From positions 179,110-224,481 of the forward strand of contig JBDRBE010000001.1 of NCBI GenBank assembly GCA_043823085.1: a stretch of 45,372 nucleotides of DNA, written 5' to 3'. Numbering within the stretch: the first letter of the stretch is position 1; each line of letters begins with the position of its first letter. This document shows, in pieces, positions 35,754 to 44,466 of this stretch. Under the pieces are notes generated by a model. That model did no database searches. It saw nothing but the letters and a program-made list of their open reading frames with translations, and was not told where the DNA came from. A program made the position numbers and the translations under genes. The stretch is from Candidatus Levyibacteriota bacterium. GTDB taxonomy: Bacteria; Patescibacteriota; Microgenomatia; Levybacterales; UBA12049.

Positions 35754-36074
35754 TTAAGATTGCTTGATGACAATTAACAAAATGAAAACTAAAACAAGAT
35801 AAATACCAATCCAGCCCATTGTCCAAAAAAGAAGAGGAAAAGCTTCTTTGTATCTTTTTTCCCAAAACAAAAATCCTGCCCTGCCCAAAACCAAAAGAGC
35901 GGAAATTACTGCTGAAAAAACAAAAATTAAAAGGAGAAGAATGGGACCTAAATAGTTATCAACCTTACCAAACATTTGATTTCCATAAATAAAAATCAAG
36001 GAAACCAAACCAATGTAAACAACTAAACCGGTTGCTTGCAGAAAAGCCAGAAAAGGAAGGGAGAGTTTTCTCAT
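35754..36074 (-). CDS. Small three-TM membrane protein
   Basis: 106 aa. ATG 36074 lies 6 nt after TGGTAAAAT (36089-36081 on the minus strand). Confidence 0.45.
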   Translation of the reverse strand: MRKLSLPFLAFLQATGLVVYIGLVSLIFIYGNQMFGKVDNYLGPILLLLIFVFSAVISALLVLGRAGFLFWEKRYKEAFPLLFWTMGWIGIYLVLVFILLIVIKQS

Positions 36075-36101
36075 CTCTTTATTTTACCACAATTTATGAG
36101 A

Positions 36102-37397
36102 TTATTTTTGAAAAATGTGTTTTTCGCGCGACGCTTGTTGCTGCCATTTTGAATTTTGGCGAGTTGAAATTTCTATTTTGTGGGCTGCAATTTCTGCTTT
36201 TTCTTTGGCTTTTTGGACATCCGGGTCTGTTGCCAAAACTATTCCCATGCGCCGATTAATGTGCGCTTCGTTTTTGCCAAAAAGTAAAATTGTAACTCCA
36301 TCTTTACCCAAAGCGCTGGTTAAATTTTTGTAAACAGGATCAAAACCTGAAACCGGCGAAAGAATAACATGCGATGCGGCCGGAGTAATTAATGAAACAA
36401 CATCAAAGCCAAAACGTTTAATTGTCGGAATTGGCAAACCGGTTATTGCCTTAACGTGTAATGCCGCTTGCGAAAAACCAATCTGATGAGATGCAAAAGT
36501 AACCATACCTGTATCATGTGGTCTGGCGCTGCATTCATTTGCCCAAACCATATCGCCCTTAACAAATAATTCACAACCAAATACTCCAACTCCCCCAAGG
36601 GAATCGGTAACTTTTTTGGCAACTTCATAAATCTTTTTTTCGGCACTTTCACTAATTTCTGCCGTTTGCCAACTGGAATGATAATCTCCTCCTCTTGTTT
36701 GATATTGTCCAACCGGATGGCAAAATGAAGTCTTGATTTTTCCGTTTTCGAAATGGCGAACAACCAATTCCGTTACTTCCAAATCAAAATCAATATTTTT
36801 TTCAACAATTAATTTATCGGCTGACCCGCGAGCATTTTCGTGAGCTTTTTCAAAGGCTTTTTGAATATCTTTTGCACTATTTACTTTTGAAGACCCACTG
36901 CCTGATGAATCCTGAATTGCTTTTACCCAGCAAGGAAAACCTGCATTTTGGCAAGCTTTTTTTAATTCACTCAAAGTTTTGACATAATAATATTTAGAAA
37001 CCGGAACACCGGTTTTAACAATCATTTCGCGTATACGCTGCCTTTGCATTGCCGTGTATGTGGCTTTGGCATTTGGAATAACATTAAAACCTTCTTTTTC
37101 CAATTCAAATAAAACATCCAAATTTATCGCTTCAATTTCCGGAACAATATAATCCGGCTTTTCCCGCTCAACAACCGAACGCAGAAAAGCGGCATCTTTT
37201 AGATTACCAGTGTAACTTCTGTGAGCAACCTGCTGTCCAGGAGCACCTTCGTAGCGGTCAACGGCAATGGTAAAAAAACCAAGCCGCATTGCCTCAATAA
37301 TTACTTCCTTGCCTAATTCTCCCGCCCCCAATAACATTATCTTTGTTGCTTTAGCGCTAAGTGGTGAAAAAATAATCTCCCGCTTCATAAACGACAT
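36102..37397 (-). CDS. purT: Formate-dependent phosphoribosylglycinamide formyltransferase (PurT, ATP-grasp)
   Basis: KIMLLGAGELGKEVIIEAMRLGFFTIAVDRYEGAPGQQVAHRSY aligns closely with the E. coli PurT N-terminus. SARPHDTGMVT and GKNEAHINRRMGIVLAT also present. Start is ATG 37397 or 37388; the TTG at 37424 is unlikely. Confidence 0.85.
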   Translation of the reverse strand: MSFMKREIIFSPLSAKATKIMLLGAGELGKEVIIEAMRLGFFTIAVDRYEGAPGQQVAHRSYTGNLKDAAFLRSVVEREKPDYIVPEIEAINLDVLFELEKEGFNVIPNAKATYTAMQRQRIREMIVKTGVPVSKYYYVKTLSELKKACQNAGFPCWVKAIQDSSGSGSSKVNSAKDIQKAFEKAHENARGSADKLIVEKNIDFDLEVTELVVRHFENGKIKTSFCHPVGQYQTRGGDYHSSWQTAEISESAEKKIYEVAKKVTDSLGGVGVFGCELFVKGDMVWANECSARPHDTGMVTFASHQIGFSQAALHVKAITGLPIPTIKRFGFDVVSLITPAASHVILSPVSGFDPVYKNLTSALGKDGVTILLFGKNEAHINRRMGIVLATDPDVQKAKEKAEIAAHKIEISTRQNSKWQQQASREKHIFQK

Positions 37398-37433
37398 AAT
37401 AAACGATTTATCTTGAATTTGCAACGGATGCTA

Positions 37434-38714
37434 TTACGGACTCTTGCTTTTATTTTCCATAATCTCCCGTAGTTTGGCAATTGCTTCATTTTTAAGTTGC
37501 AACACCCTTGATTCAGAAATGCGCAATTCTTTGCTAACTTGTTTAAAAGTTGCTCCTTCAAGGAAGTGTCTACGTATAATCACTGCTAAACGTGGGGTTA
37601 ATGATTTCATTGCTGCGTATAATTCATGTACTCGTTCTTGCTGCGATCTGTTTTCTTCCATTGCTAATAAATGTTCTTCTGGCCTCTCCAGCTGGTTCGG
37701 ATCTACGATTGCCACATCAGTTCCATTATCTATAGCTCTTAATTTTGTTGGTCGTAGCCTACTCATCAAAATTATACGTGGAAGCTGTTTTATTTCCTCA
37801 ATTCTTTCTGCAGATAATCCGGTTCCCAAAGCTAATTCTTCAATTGTAGGCTGTCTACCATTTGCTACCTCAAACATGCTTTCAAAATCATTAATCTTTT
37901 TTTTGGTTTCATAAATTGATCTTTTTCCTGGATTTGCGTCTCTAATCATATCCCTTAATCTCCATCCAACTTTGCTGCGTGCAAATGTTAAGAATTTTGA
38001 TCTTGAGGGATCAAACGCTTCAAAAGCTTTGATTAGACCAATTCTACCTTCTTGAAAAGCATCCTCATCGGGGATACCGGCAGCACGTAATTCCTCAGCC
38101 AAACGACGAACACAAGACCAAACCAATCCGTCGTACTTTTGCACTTTATCTCCCAACATAATTTTTCTAATTTCATAAATTTGCTCTTCTCCTGCAATCA
38201 TTAATTGTCTATCTAGGGCCTCCTGAATTTTAGATTCACTACCTCCTTGAAAAGTAGTAACGACTTGTAAAACACTTTCATTAACAATTTGCCTTAAACT
38301 CCTTGCGTGTCCCCCGTAATTCTCTTCTAATTGAGGTTGTATATGCAACAACAGTCTTTGACAGATAGCTTGATGTGCCCCTTTTCCATCTTCTATCCTC
38401 TTTTTTACTGTACTAATTTGCAATGCTGGAAGTCTGCTAGGTAATATTACATAACCTCTAATGTATTTACTTCCTTCAAGAATTTCTTCAACCTCTTCTT
38501 TTAGTCCTTGCGGAGTCATTGACCATGGTTGCAATTTCGTTCTATTTATTAAAGTTGCTCTTGCCATTCTTGCTTCTTTCAAAACCGACCATAAACTTTG
38601 AAAAACCTGTTTTGGAGAACTTTCGATCATGGGCTCGACTGCGGATTGACTTTTTCCGAAAATTGCCCCCTGTTTAAGGGGATGTACACCTCTTTCTAAA
38701 ATAGAAGACACCAT
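37434..38714 (-). CDS. Sigma-70-family RNA polymerase sigma factor with an uncharacterised N-terminal extension of about 200 aa
   Basis: Region 2 (AFQEGRIGLIKAFEAFDPSRSKFLTFARSKVGWRLRDMIRD), a region 3-like segment and region 4.2 HTH (TFKQVSKELRISESRVLQLKNEAIAKLR). Confidence 0.8.
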   Translation of the reverse strand: MVSSILERGVHPLKQGAIFGKSQSAVEPMIESSPKQVFQSLWSVLKEARMARATLINRTKLQPWSMTPQGLKEEVEEILEGSKYIRGYVILPSRLPALQISTVKKRIEDGKGAHQAICQRLLLHIQPQLEENYGGHARSLRQIVNESVLQVVTTFQGGSESKIQEALDRQLMIAGEEQIYEIRKIMLGDKVQKYDGLVWSCVRRLAEELRAAGIPDEDAFQEGRIGLIKAFEAFDPSRSKFLTFARSKVGWRLRDMIRDANPGKRSIYETKKKINDFESMFEVANGRQPTIEELALGTGLSAERIEEIKQLPRIILMSRLRPTKLRAIDNGTDVAIVDPNQLERPEEHLLAMEENRSQQERVHELYAAMKSLTPRLAVIIRRHFLEGATFKQVSKELRISESRVLQLKNEAIAKLREIMENKSKSP

Positions 38715-38970
38715 ATTAAAAAATTATTAATAGCAAATCTTAAACCGTTTCTATTCAAATGTCAAACTATTGGTACTACAAGTCTAAGAACAAATTAGAG
38801 AAAGATTGGGAGAAATTTGGTAAAATGAGAATCCCTAAAGTTTTTGAAGATGTAAGTGCTTTCTCAAATTATCGGTGTTAAACGCCAAGTAAAACCACAT
38901 TTGTTAATTATACTACTTGCATTCAAAAAATCCGAAGAACGTAAGAAATTTCTGATAAAATAAATTAAGC

Positions 38971-39717
38971 GTGAAAATTGATTTTTTAATGCTATCTTTA
39001 GCTTTTACAATCCTTTCAGGGATTCCTCTTTATTTGTATTTCCGCAAAAAAATGAGTCAGAGAAAAATAAAATATATTAAGGTTGAAAAAAGAGTTGTTA
39101 AATTAACATTAATTAATATTATTCTTACTCTTATTATTACTGTCCAGCTTTTGGGCATCTTTATTAACGTTTTATTGCGAAAAAATTCTTACGATATGCC
39201 AACTATAATTTTATCAATATTTTTTATAACTACCGGCTACCTTATATTTTATGGCGCAGGAATGTATATTACTTCAATTGTTATTGAAGATTACGTAAAG
39301 TCTGCTTTTGAAAAAAATAAATCTTTATTTATTCCTCTTCAAGTAATTAAATTATTTCATGGTCCGCTTAGTCATATATTGCTCTACTGCGGCTGCCTTT
39401 TTGCACTTTTAGAGCTGTCTCTTCTTGATTATATCCGACCAGCGATGCTTGATTCTTCTGCTATTCCCATTCCTATTATCTTGGGACTTTTGGGCGGAAT
39501 ATTCTGGACGGCTTGCGCAATTGCTAGTAAAACATATAGATATCAATTGGTCGTTGTAATATTTTGCATAGTATTACTTGGATCTTTATCTATTTGGCAA
39601 GGAATAAATATAATTCTCTTTCCTATTTATTCTTTTTTCTTTAATGTCTGTATCGCTTTTATAATATCTTTTGTCTTCTATGTTAAAATCAACAGGTTTC
39701 TAAAAACTCATGCATGA
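38971..39717 (+). CDS. Polytopic membrane protein, family not recognised
   Basis: 248 aa with about 7 hydrophobic segments. GTG start at 38971 (or ATG six codons downstream). TGATAAAAT lies upstream at 38953-38961. Confidence 0.45.
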   Translation: MKIDFLMLSLAFTILSGIPLYLYFRKKMSQRKIKYIKVEKRVVKLTLINIILTLIITVQLLGIFINVLLRKNSYDMPTIILSIFFITTGYLIFYGAGMYITSIVIEDYVKSAFEKNKSLFIPLQVIKLFHGPLSHILLYCGCLFALLELSLLDYIRPAMLDSSAIPIPIILGLLGGIFWTACAIASKTYRYQLVVVIFCIVLLGSLSIWQGINIILFPIYSFFFNVCIAFIISFVFYVKINRFLKTHA

Positions 39718-39838
39718 AAAAGTAGCTATTCTTGTAAATCCGAAGACTCGTGGTGAGTTTTGCCGAACAAAATCCGTAGAAAAATTTCCGACTTTTCAAG
39801 GACTAAAACCTGCCCGCCTTTTAAAGTTTAATATATGT

Positions 39839-40555
39839 TTATTTTACCAGCAACTTAAATAACCACCCAAGCAAACTGCCTGATTGTTCCTCAAGATTGA
39901 CGCTATCTTGCAGGGCGGTGTTTTGCTCAGTTAACGCTTGAATTGTTTCCTGAACCATGATAATGTCGCCTTGGTTGGTCAGTTGGTTTTGCAACTGCTC
40001 CAACTGTTGAATCCGCAATTGGTTTTGTTCCATCTGCTTTTGCATATTCTTCAAGGCTTGATAATCAGAACCTATGAGTAATTTGAGCAATTTGCCCCTA
40101 CTTTCAACCTTCTTAAACTCTGCTTGTATTTGAGTTTGAGCTTGGTTTTGCTCCTGAGCAATCTGCTTAACTTGTTCGCCGATACCACCCGTTGTCCTTA
40201 TCTGCAGCAGCTCTTGAGCTTTCTGAGCAACCATACTCATACTTTGGACAGCTTTTTGGTTACGATTCTGCAATCCTTCTCCCTGTCCATCCCCAAGACT
40301 TTCCTGTTCTTGGTTCTGAGTTTGAATCTGTTTATCCTCTCCCTGATTTTGAGTTTGAACTTGATTTTGATTCTTTACTTGATTACCAGTAGGAGATGTA
40401 GAATCTTTTAACTGCTGTTGTGTTTGGTTTTGTTGCTGAACTTGTTGGCCAATATTAGTATTTTGTGCTCCTGCCTCGTTATTCTTAGCTACAAAGACTG
40501 GAGGAAATAAACCAAAAAATAAAAAGGCCGGAAGAACAAATATCATTTTTTTCAT
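39839..40555 (-). CDS. Secreted Q/N-rich coiled-coil protein
   Basis: Strong Shine-Dalgarno GGAGGGAGGTG before ATG 40555. Signal peptide MKKMIFVLPAFLFFGLFPPVFVA. Long QNQ-rich low-complexity and heptad-like segments. Confidence 0.55.
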   Translation of the reverse strand: MKKMIFVLPAFLFFGLFPPVFVAKNNEAGAQNTNIGQQVQQQNQTQQQLKDSTSPTGNQVKNQNQVQTQNQGEDKQIQTQNQEQESLGDGQGEGLQNRNQKAVQSMSMVAQKAQELLQIRTTGGIGEQVKQIAQEQNQAQTQIQAEFKKVESRGKLLKLLIGSDYQALKNMQKQMEQNQLRIQQLEQLQNQLTNQGDIIMVQETIQALTEQNTALQDSVNLEEQSGSLLGWLFKLLVK

Positions 40556-40705
40556 CAATTTCACCTCCCTCCTTTTTTAATCTTAGCATAAAAAAATCTA
40601 AATTCCATAATCCTAGCCTTACAAAGAGTTTTTAGAATTCTGTGTGAAAACCAACAAACTTCCGCCTAATCTTTAAATGATATAATATTACTGTGAGTTT
40701 GGATA

Positions 40706-41716
40706 CTATTGCTCACTCGTAAAATAATCAAAAGCTCCTTTTGACACTAAAGCTATTCTCTCTTGAGCGCCAAGCGGAGAATCGCTTTCGGACATTACTA
40801 CAATAATGTAATCTCCAAAATCTGTATAAACTATTCCTGAATCATGCTTAAAAAAATCAATTTCTCCGGTTTTGTGAGCAATGCTTAAATCTTTTGGCAA
40901 ATATTTTGGCAATCCGTTATTCAACTGCTGATTTTTTAAAAGATCAATCATCTCTATAGTATATTGTTGATTGACAAGTTCTCCTTTACTTTTTTCACTA
41001 GAAAAAAGCAAGCTTTGCTTATATAGTTTTTCATAAAAAAGGGCAATGTCAGAAGCTGTAGCTGTTGGAAAATCACTATTAATACCCACCCTTGACTCTG
41101 TAAAGCCATTTTCTTTTAAGAAGGTTGCCACAGAGGATAATTTTACCTTTTCTGTTAAAAGCAAAGCAGCATAATTGTGAGAGATCGTGATCATCTGGTA
41201 CAAGGCATCATAAACTGTAAATGTTACTGTTCCTTCTGTTTCTTCCGCAGAATCAGGATCAATCTCAAATTTTTGATTTAACATAGCTACATCTTCACTC
41301 AAAATCTGGTCTTCTTTTAACTGTCCGCTTTGGATTTGTTTATAGACAGTTGTCATAATCCAAAGCTTATACAAACTTCCGGCTTCAAATACTTTATGTT
41401 CATTAGCATAGTAAGACTGCCCATTTTTTAAATTTTTAATAACAATTCCATAGGTTCCTTTTGTTCCTTCCAAAGCATTGTCCACGACCTCTTTTAGGGA
41501 ATTACTTTCCGTATAGGTTGGACTTACTTGAGAGAGAGGATTAATTATAACAACTGAATCATTTGTTCTATTTGCAGAAGAGCTTTGCTCATTTTTGATG
41601 AATTGATTGAAAACCACATATAAACAGATTGTTCCTGCAAAGATAAATAACAGGATTATAATCAGCTTTTTCTTTCTTTTCCTTTGGCGCCTCAACTGAA
41701 AATCCATATTAATCAT
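40706..41716 (-). CDS. Membrane-anchored class A beta-lactamase-like serine hydrolase
   Basis: SxxK (SLYK), SxN (SHN) and KTG (HKTGE) motifs at the expected order and spacing. Basic N-terminus plus a TM helix. Confidence 0.7.
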   Translation of the reverse strand: MINMDFQLRRQRKRKKKLIIILLFIFAGTICLYVVFNQFIKNEQSSSANRTNDSVVIINPLSQVSPTYTESNSLKEVVDNALEGTKGTYGIVIKNLKNGQSYYANEHKVFEAGSLYKLWIMTTVYKQIQSGQLKEDQILSEDVAMLNQKFEIDPDSAEETEGTVTFTVYDALYQMITISHNYAALLLTEKVKLSSVATFLKENGFTESRVGINSDFPTATASDIALFYEKLYKQSLLFSSEKSKGELVNQQYTIEMIDLLKNQQLNNGLPKYLPKDLSIAHKTGEIDFFKHDSGIVYTDFGDYIIVVMSESDSPLGAQERIALVSKGAFDYFTSEQ

Positions 41717-41846
41717 CTTAAATATGCAAGTTGAGAAATAGCTGTATCCTTTTTTAAAGTCTATCGCAATACGAGTAATAGTTTAACACAAACTCTTCTT
41801 AAATACTTCAACCCTACTAAGTATAGAGGAGTGATATAATTTTAGT

Positions 41847-41924
41847 GTGAATAAAAATTGGTCTGCAAAAGTTACAAAAACTAGCATTGCCTTGGATTTG
41901 GAAGAGGGGGCTGTCATCGGCTAG
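41847..41924 (+). pseudogene. 25-codon remnant resembling the N-terminus of DUF3175-family proteins
   Basis: GTG-NKNWSAKVTKTSIALDLEEGAVIG-stop. The KxWSxxVTxxSxALDLExG pattern recalls the DUF3175 N-terminus (from memory, not searched). The rest of the family sequence is absent. Confidence 0.3.
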
Positions 41925-42292
41925 AGGTTCTTTAATTTCTTTACACTGTACCGTTTTTTGTATGGCATCCTCAAAGGCTTCAAAAAAGTAAAGTTGGAAC
42001 CAGGTTTAGTGGGAACATATTTGTGTTTATATCTCACGCCTTTTTGATAGTCTTCCTTGCCCAACGAAGCCTTCGACGAAGCTTGATCCATATCAATCAT
42101 CTTACCGTTGAAGTAAATCTTGACATATTCTGGTGGTCTGCCTTCATCGTCCAAATAAATCACTGAATAGGTATATCTCTGGCAAATAGGAGTATCAGGC
42201 TTATCCTCGGCAAATAATTGATTAGAGGTAAAAAAACCGGTAAATAAACATAATATTCACAAGACTAAAAAAGCTCTGAATGTTTTTGCCAT
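41921..42292 (-). pseudogene. Small secreted protein gene interrupted by an in-frame TGA inside its signal peptide
   Basis: ATG 42292 gives MAKTFRAFLVL-TGA(42259-42257)-ILCLFTGFFTSNQLFAEDKPDTPICQRYTYS, running in the same frame into the 80-aa ORF 41921..42163. TATAAT lies 11 nt upstream of ATG 42292. Confidence 0.45.
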
Positions 42293-42355
42293 TCTATATC
42301 TTTATTATATATACTTTAATTAAATTAATAAAGCTGTTTGTGTTATATTTAAGAT

Positions 42356-43543
42356 ATGGATACTCCAATGAAGTCTTTGATATCGTCAGGAAAATATAAA
42401 TATTTTTCCAAATTAATCGATAAATATCCTAACTTTTTTGTTTTTGTTAAAAAATACAAATTTCCGGTTGTACTGCTTATCTCATTCATCGTAATTTTTA
42501 CCATCGTAGTCTTTAGCTATTCCTTGATAACCCCTAACAGTTCTGATTCTAAAAAACCAGCAGCCACTCTCCAAAAAACAAGTACAGTTTCTGAATCTTC
42601 CAATAATAATCTGCTCAAAACTGCCTGTTCTAGCGCCATCAATGATTATCCCGAATGGACGAAGGCTGATACCGACTTGATTATTTGGGAAAATCCTGAT
42701 AAAAATTTTTATTTCCGTAATTCTCCGGAAGATGATTCAGCTAAGTTAACTAGCCCTGTTCCTTCTACAGAAACATTGGCCGATATGGATTTTATAGGGC
42801 TAAACGAAATCAGCTATGCAACAACTGGAGACAATAATTGGAAAATAAGCACGCTCAAATTAAATGGACTGGGTGCTTATGACAATTCCCTGATTTATGA
42901 AAAGGCTAAAGCAGTTTCCTCTATAAACACTTCTCCGATTAGCAAAAATGAATATGCGGTTCTTATTATCAATGGAAACAAGGGTGTTTTAAAGCATATA
43001 AATACAAATAGTTCAAAAGAGGAAACTATATTAGAACTACCTTCTATAAATACCAAAAAGGTCAAATTAGCCGTGTCCCCAAAAGGAACTTATGTTTATT
43101 TACTTCAAAATGATAGTTTAATATTTTTTGAAATCGCTTCAAAAAAGCAAATCGATAAAATAAACTCTGCCGGAAGTGCTGTTTGGGTTGGTGACGAGTA
43201 TGTGCTCTATTCTGGCACTGAAGGAACTTATGTTTACAATCTCAAAACGAAAGAAAAAAGCAAGCTAGACAATCCTGGGGAAGTTACAGAATTGACATTC
43301 AATCCCAAAGAAGGTGGAATAATTGCTTTTAATGAAAGTGGTAATACTAAAATTGTTAACTGCCAAACATGGCAGATTATAAACACAAAACAAGGGGCTG
43401 AATTAAAAACTTTAACTAGTGAAAAAACAGCTATCACCCAAGAAGGAAACCAGTTTGGCTTCTGGAGATTTAAGGATAATGATTGGGGAGTCAAAATTCT
43501 CGAAGAAAAATCAAAATATGTAACTATTTGGCAAAGATATTGA
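42356..43543 (+). CDS. Membrane-anchored protein with a beta-rich (possibly propeller-like) ectodomain
   Basis: 395 aa with a TM helix at residues ~36-56. No motif recognised. ATG lies 6 nt after TGTTATATT (42341-42349). Confidence 0.5.
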   Translation: MDTPMKSLISSGKYKYFSKLIDKYPNFFVFVKKYKFPVVLLISFIVIFTIVVFSYSLITPNSSDSKKPAATLQKTSTVSESSNNNLLKTACSSAINDYPEWTKADTDLIIWENPDKNFYFRNSPEDDSAKLTSPVPSTETLADMDFIGLNEISYATTGDNNWKISTLKLNGLGAYDNSLIYEKAKAVSSINTSPISKNEYAVLIINGNKGVLKHINTNSSKEETILELPSINTKKVKLAVSPKGTYVYLLQNDSLIFFEIASKKQIDKINSAGSAVWVGDEYVLYSGTEGTYVYNLKTKEKSKLDNPGEVTELTFNPKEGGIIAFNESGNTKIVNCQTWQIINTKQGAELKTLTSEKTAITQEGNQFGFWRFKDNDWGVKILEEKSKYVTIWQRY

Positions 43544-43560
43544 TTACTTCGAATAAGAAA

Positions 43561-44352
43561 ATGATGACTAGCAATATTAAACTTGCAGGACTCGTTATTA
43601 TAGGTTTGATCTTGGCAGCTGCAGTTTATTTTTTTGTTATTAATTCATCAAACAAAAATAAAGTGATTATTCCCGATAATCCTTTAAGTCGGATTTGTGC
43701 ACAGGTTACTGATAAGCATAGACAATATTATTGTTTGGCGATAGTAAATAAAGATAGTGATTTGTGTAACAAGACAGCGGAAGATGGCATATTGGCTTGT
43801 CGGGCTATTGTGGAAAATAACCCGGAATTATGTCTCAAGGTTGAACCGCCCATTCAGAAGAAAACCTGTGTTAATGAAGTGGCGAGGGTAAATGATAATA
43901 TCACCTCCTGCGATTTTGCCGATGATAAAAAAGACTGCGTAGGGTCTTATTTAGCAGGACTCTACTGGGATGAAAAGTTTGATTTAATGGATAAAAAGTA
44001 TTGTGATATTTTTCCAAATGATGATAAGAGTTGGTGTCTAGCACTGGTAACCCAAGATAAATCCGTGTGTGGCAATAATCCAGCTTGCCTTTCTTTATTT
44101 ATTCAACCATTGTCTTTTTGTGATAATCAGCAAATGTCAAAAAGCAAAGGTGAATGCTTGCGCGATAGAGCCATGACCAAAAAAGACCCCGCCATATGTA
44201 AACTAATTAACGATACCAACGATCGAGACAATTGTTATTTTAATATCGTGGGACATATAAACCCCGATATATCTTTCTGTCCAAAAATATCTGATCCGGA
44301 ATTAAGACAAGAGTGCCTGGCAAATGCAGCTGTAAAGTTACTTATTAAATAA
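43561..44352 (+). CDS. Membrane-anchored cysteine-rich helical-repeat protein
   Basis: ATG 43561 (MMTSNIKLAGLVIIGLILAAAVYFFVI). About 9 units of ~25 aa, each usually carrying two Cys (e.g. ICAQVTDKHRQYYCLAIVNKDSDLC, AICKLINDTNDRDNCYFNIVGHINPDISFC). Confidence 0.55.
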   Translation: MMTSNIKLAGLVIIGLILAAAVYFFVINSSNKNKVIIPDNPLSRICAQVTDKHRQYYCLAIVNKDSDLCNKTAEDGILACRAIVENNPELCLKVEPPIQKKTCVNEVARVNDNITSCDFADDKKDCVGSYLAGLYWDEKFDLMDKKYCDIFPNDDKSWCLALVTQDKSVCGNNPACLSLFIQPLSFCDNQQMSKSKGECLRDRAMTKKDPAICKLINDTNDRDNCYFNIVGHINPDISFCPKISDPELRQECLANAAVKLLIK

Positions 44353-44466
44353 ATTTCTAATTGGTGGGTATAAGCAATCTCACTTAGTTCTCTAACCTTG
44401 GCCAGAGAATCGTAACTCTAATATAATCATTCAACAACGGACAAGCGAAAGAAAGATTAAAATTAA

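Noticed and set aside
38759-38881. 40-codon ORF (MSNYWYYKSKNKLEKDWEKFGKMRIPKVFEDVSAFSNYRC) in the 256-nt gap upstream of the sigma factor gene
   Set aside because: No Shine-Dalgarno, no -10 box at leaderless distance, and no recognisable motif. It cannot be supported from sequence alone.
39710-39859. 49-codon ORF starting MHEKVAILVNPKTRG, reminiscent of diacylglycerol/lipid kinase N-termini
   Set aside because: The similarity is too short. The ORF overlaps the stop of the upstream gene and the 3' end of the convergent Q-rich gene. At most it is a gene remnant, and it is mentioned only under the DUF3175-remnant finding.
42257-42259. Genome-wide TGA reassignment (genetic code 4 or 25) to explain the in-frame TGA
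   Set aside because: TGA clearly terminates several well-defined genes at ATGA or other overlapping gene junctions (e.g. 2358-2360, 15879-15881, 17243-17245, 29978-29980). The standard bacterial code applies, and the event is local.
43483-43560. Upstream start for the Cys-rich protein (MGSQNSRRKIKICNYLAKILITSNKK...)
   Set aside because: It overlaps the 3' end of ORF 42356..43543. ATG 43561 directly precedes the TM anchor and gives a conventional gene junction.
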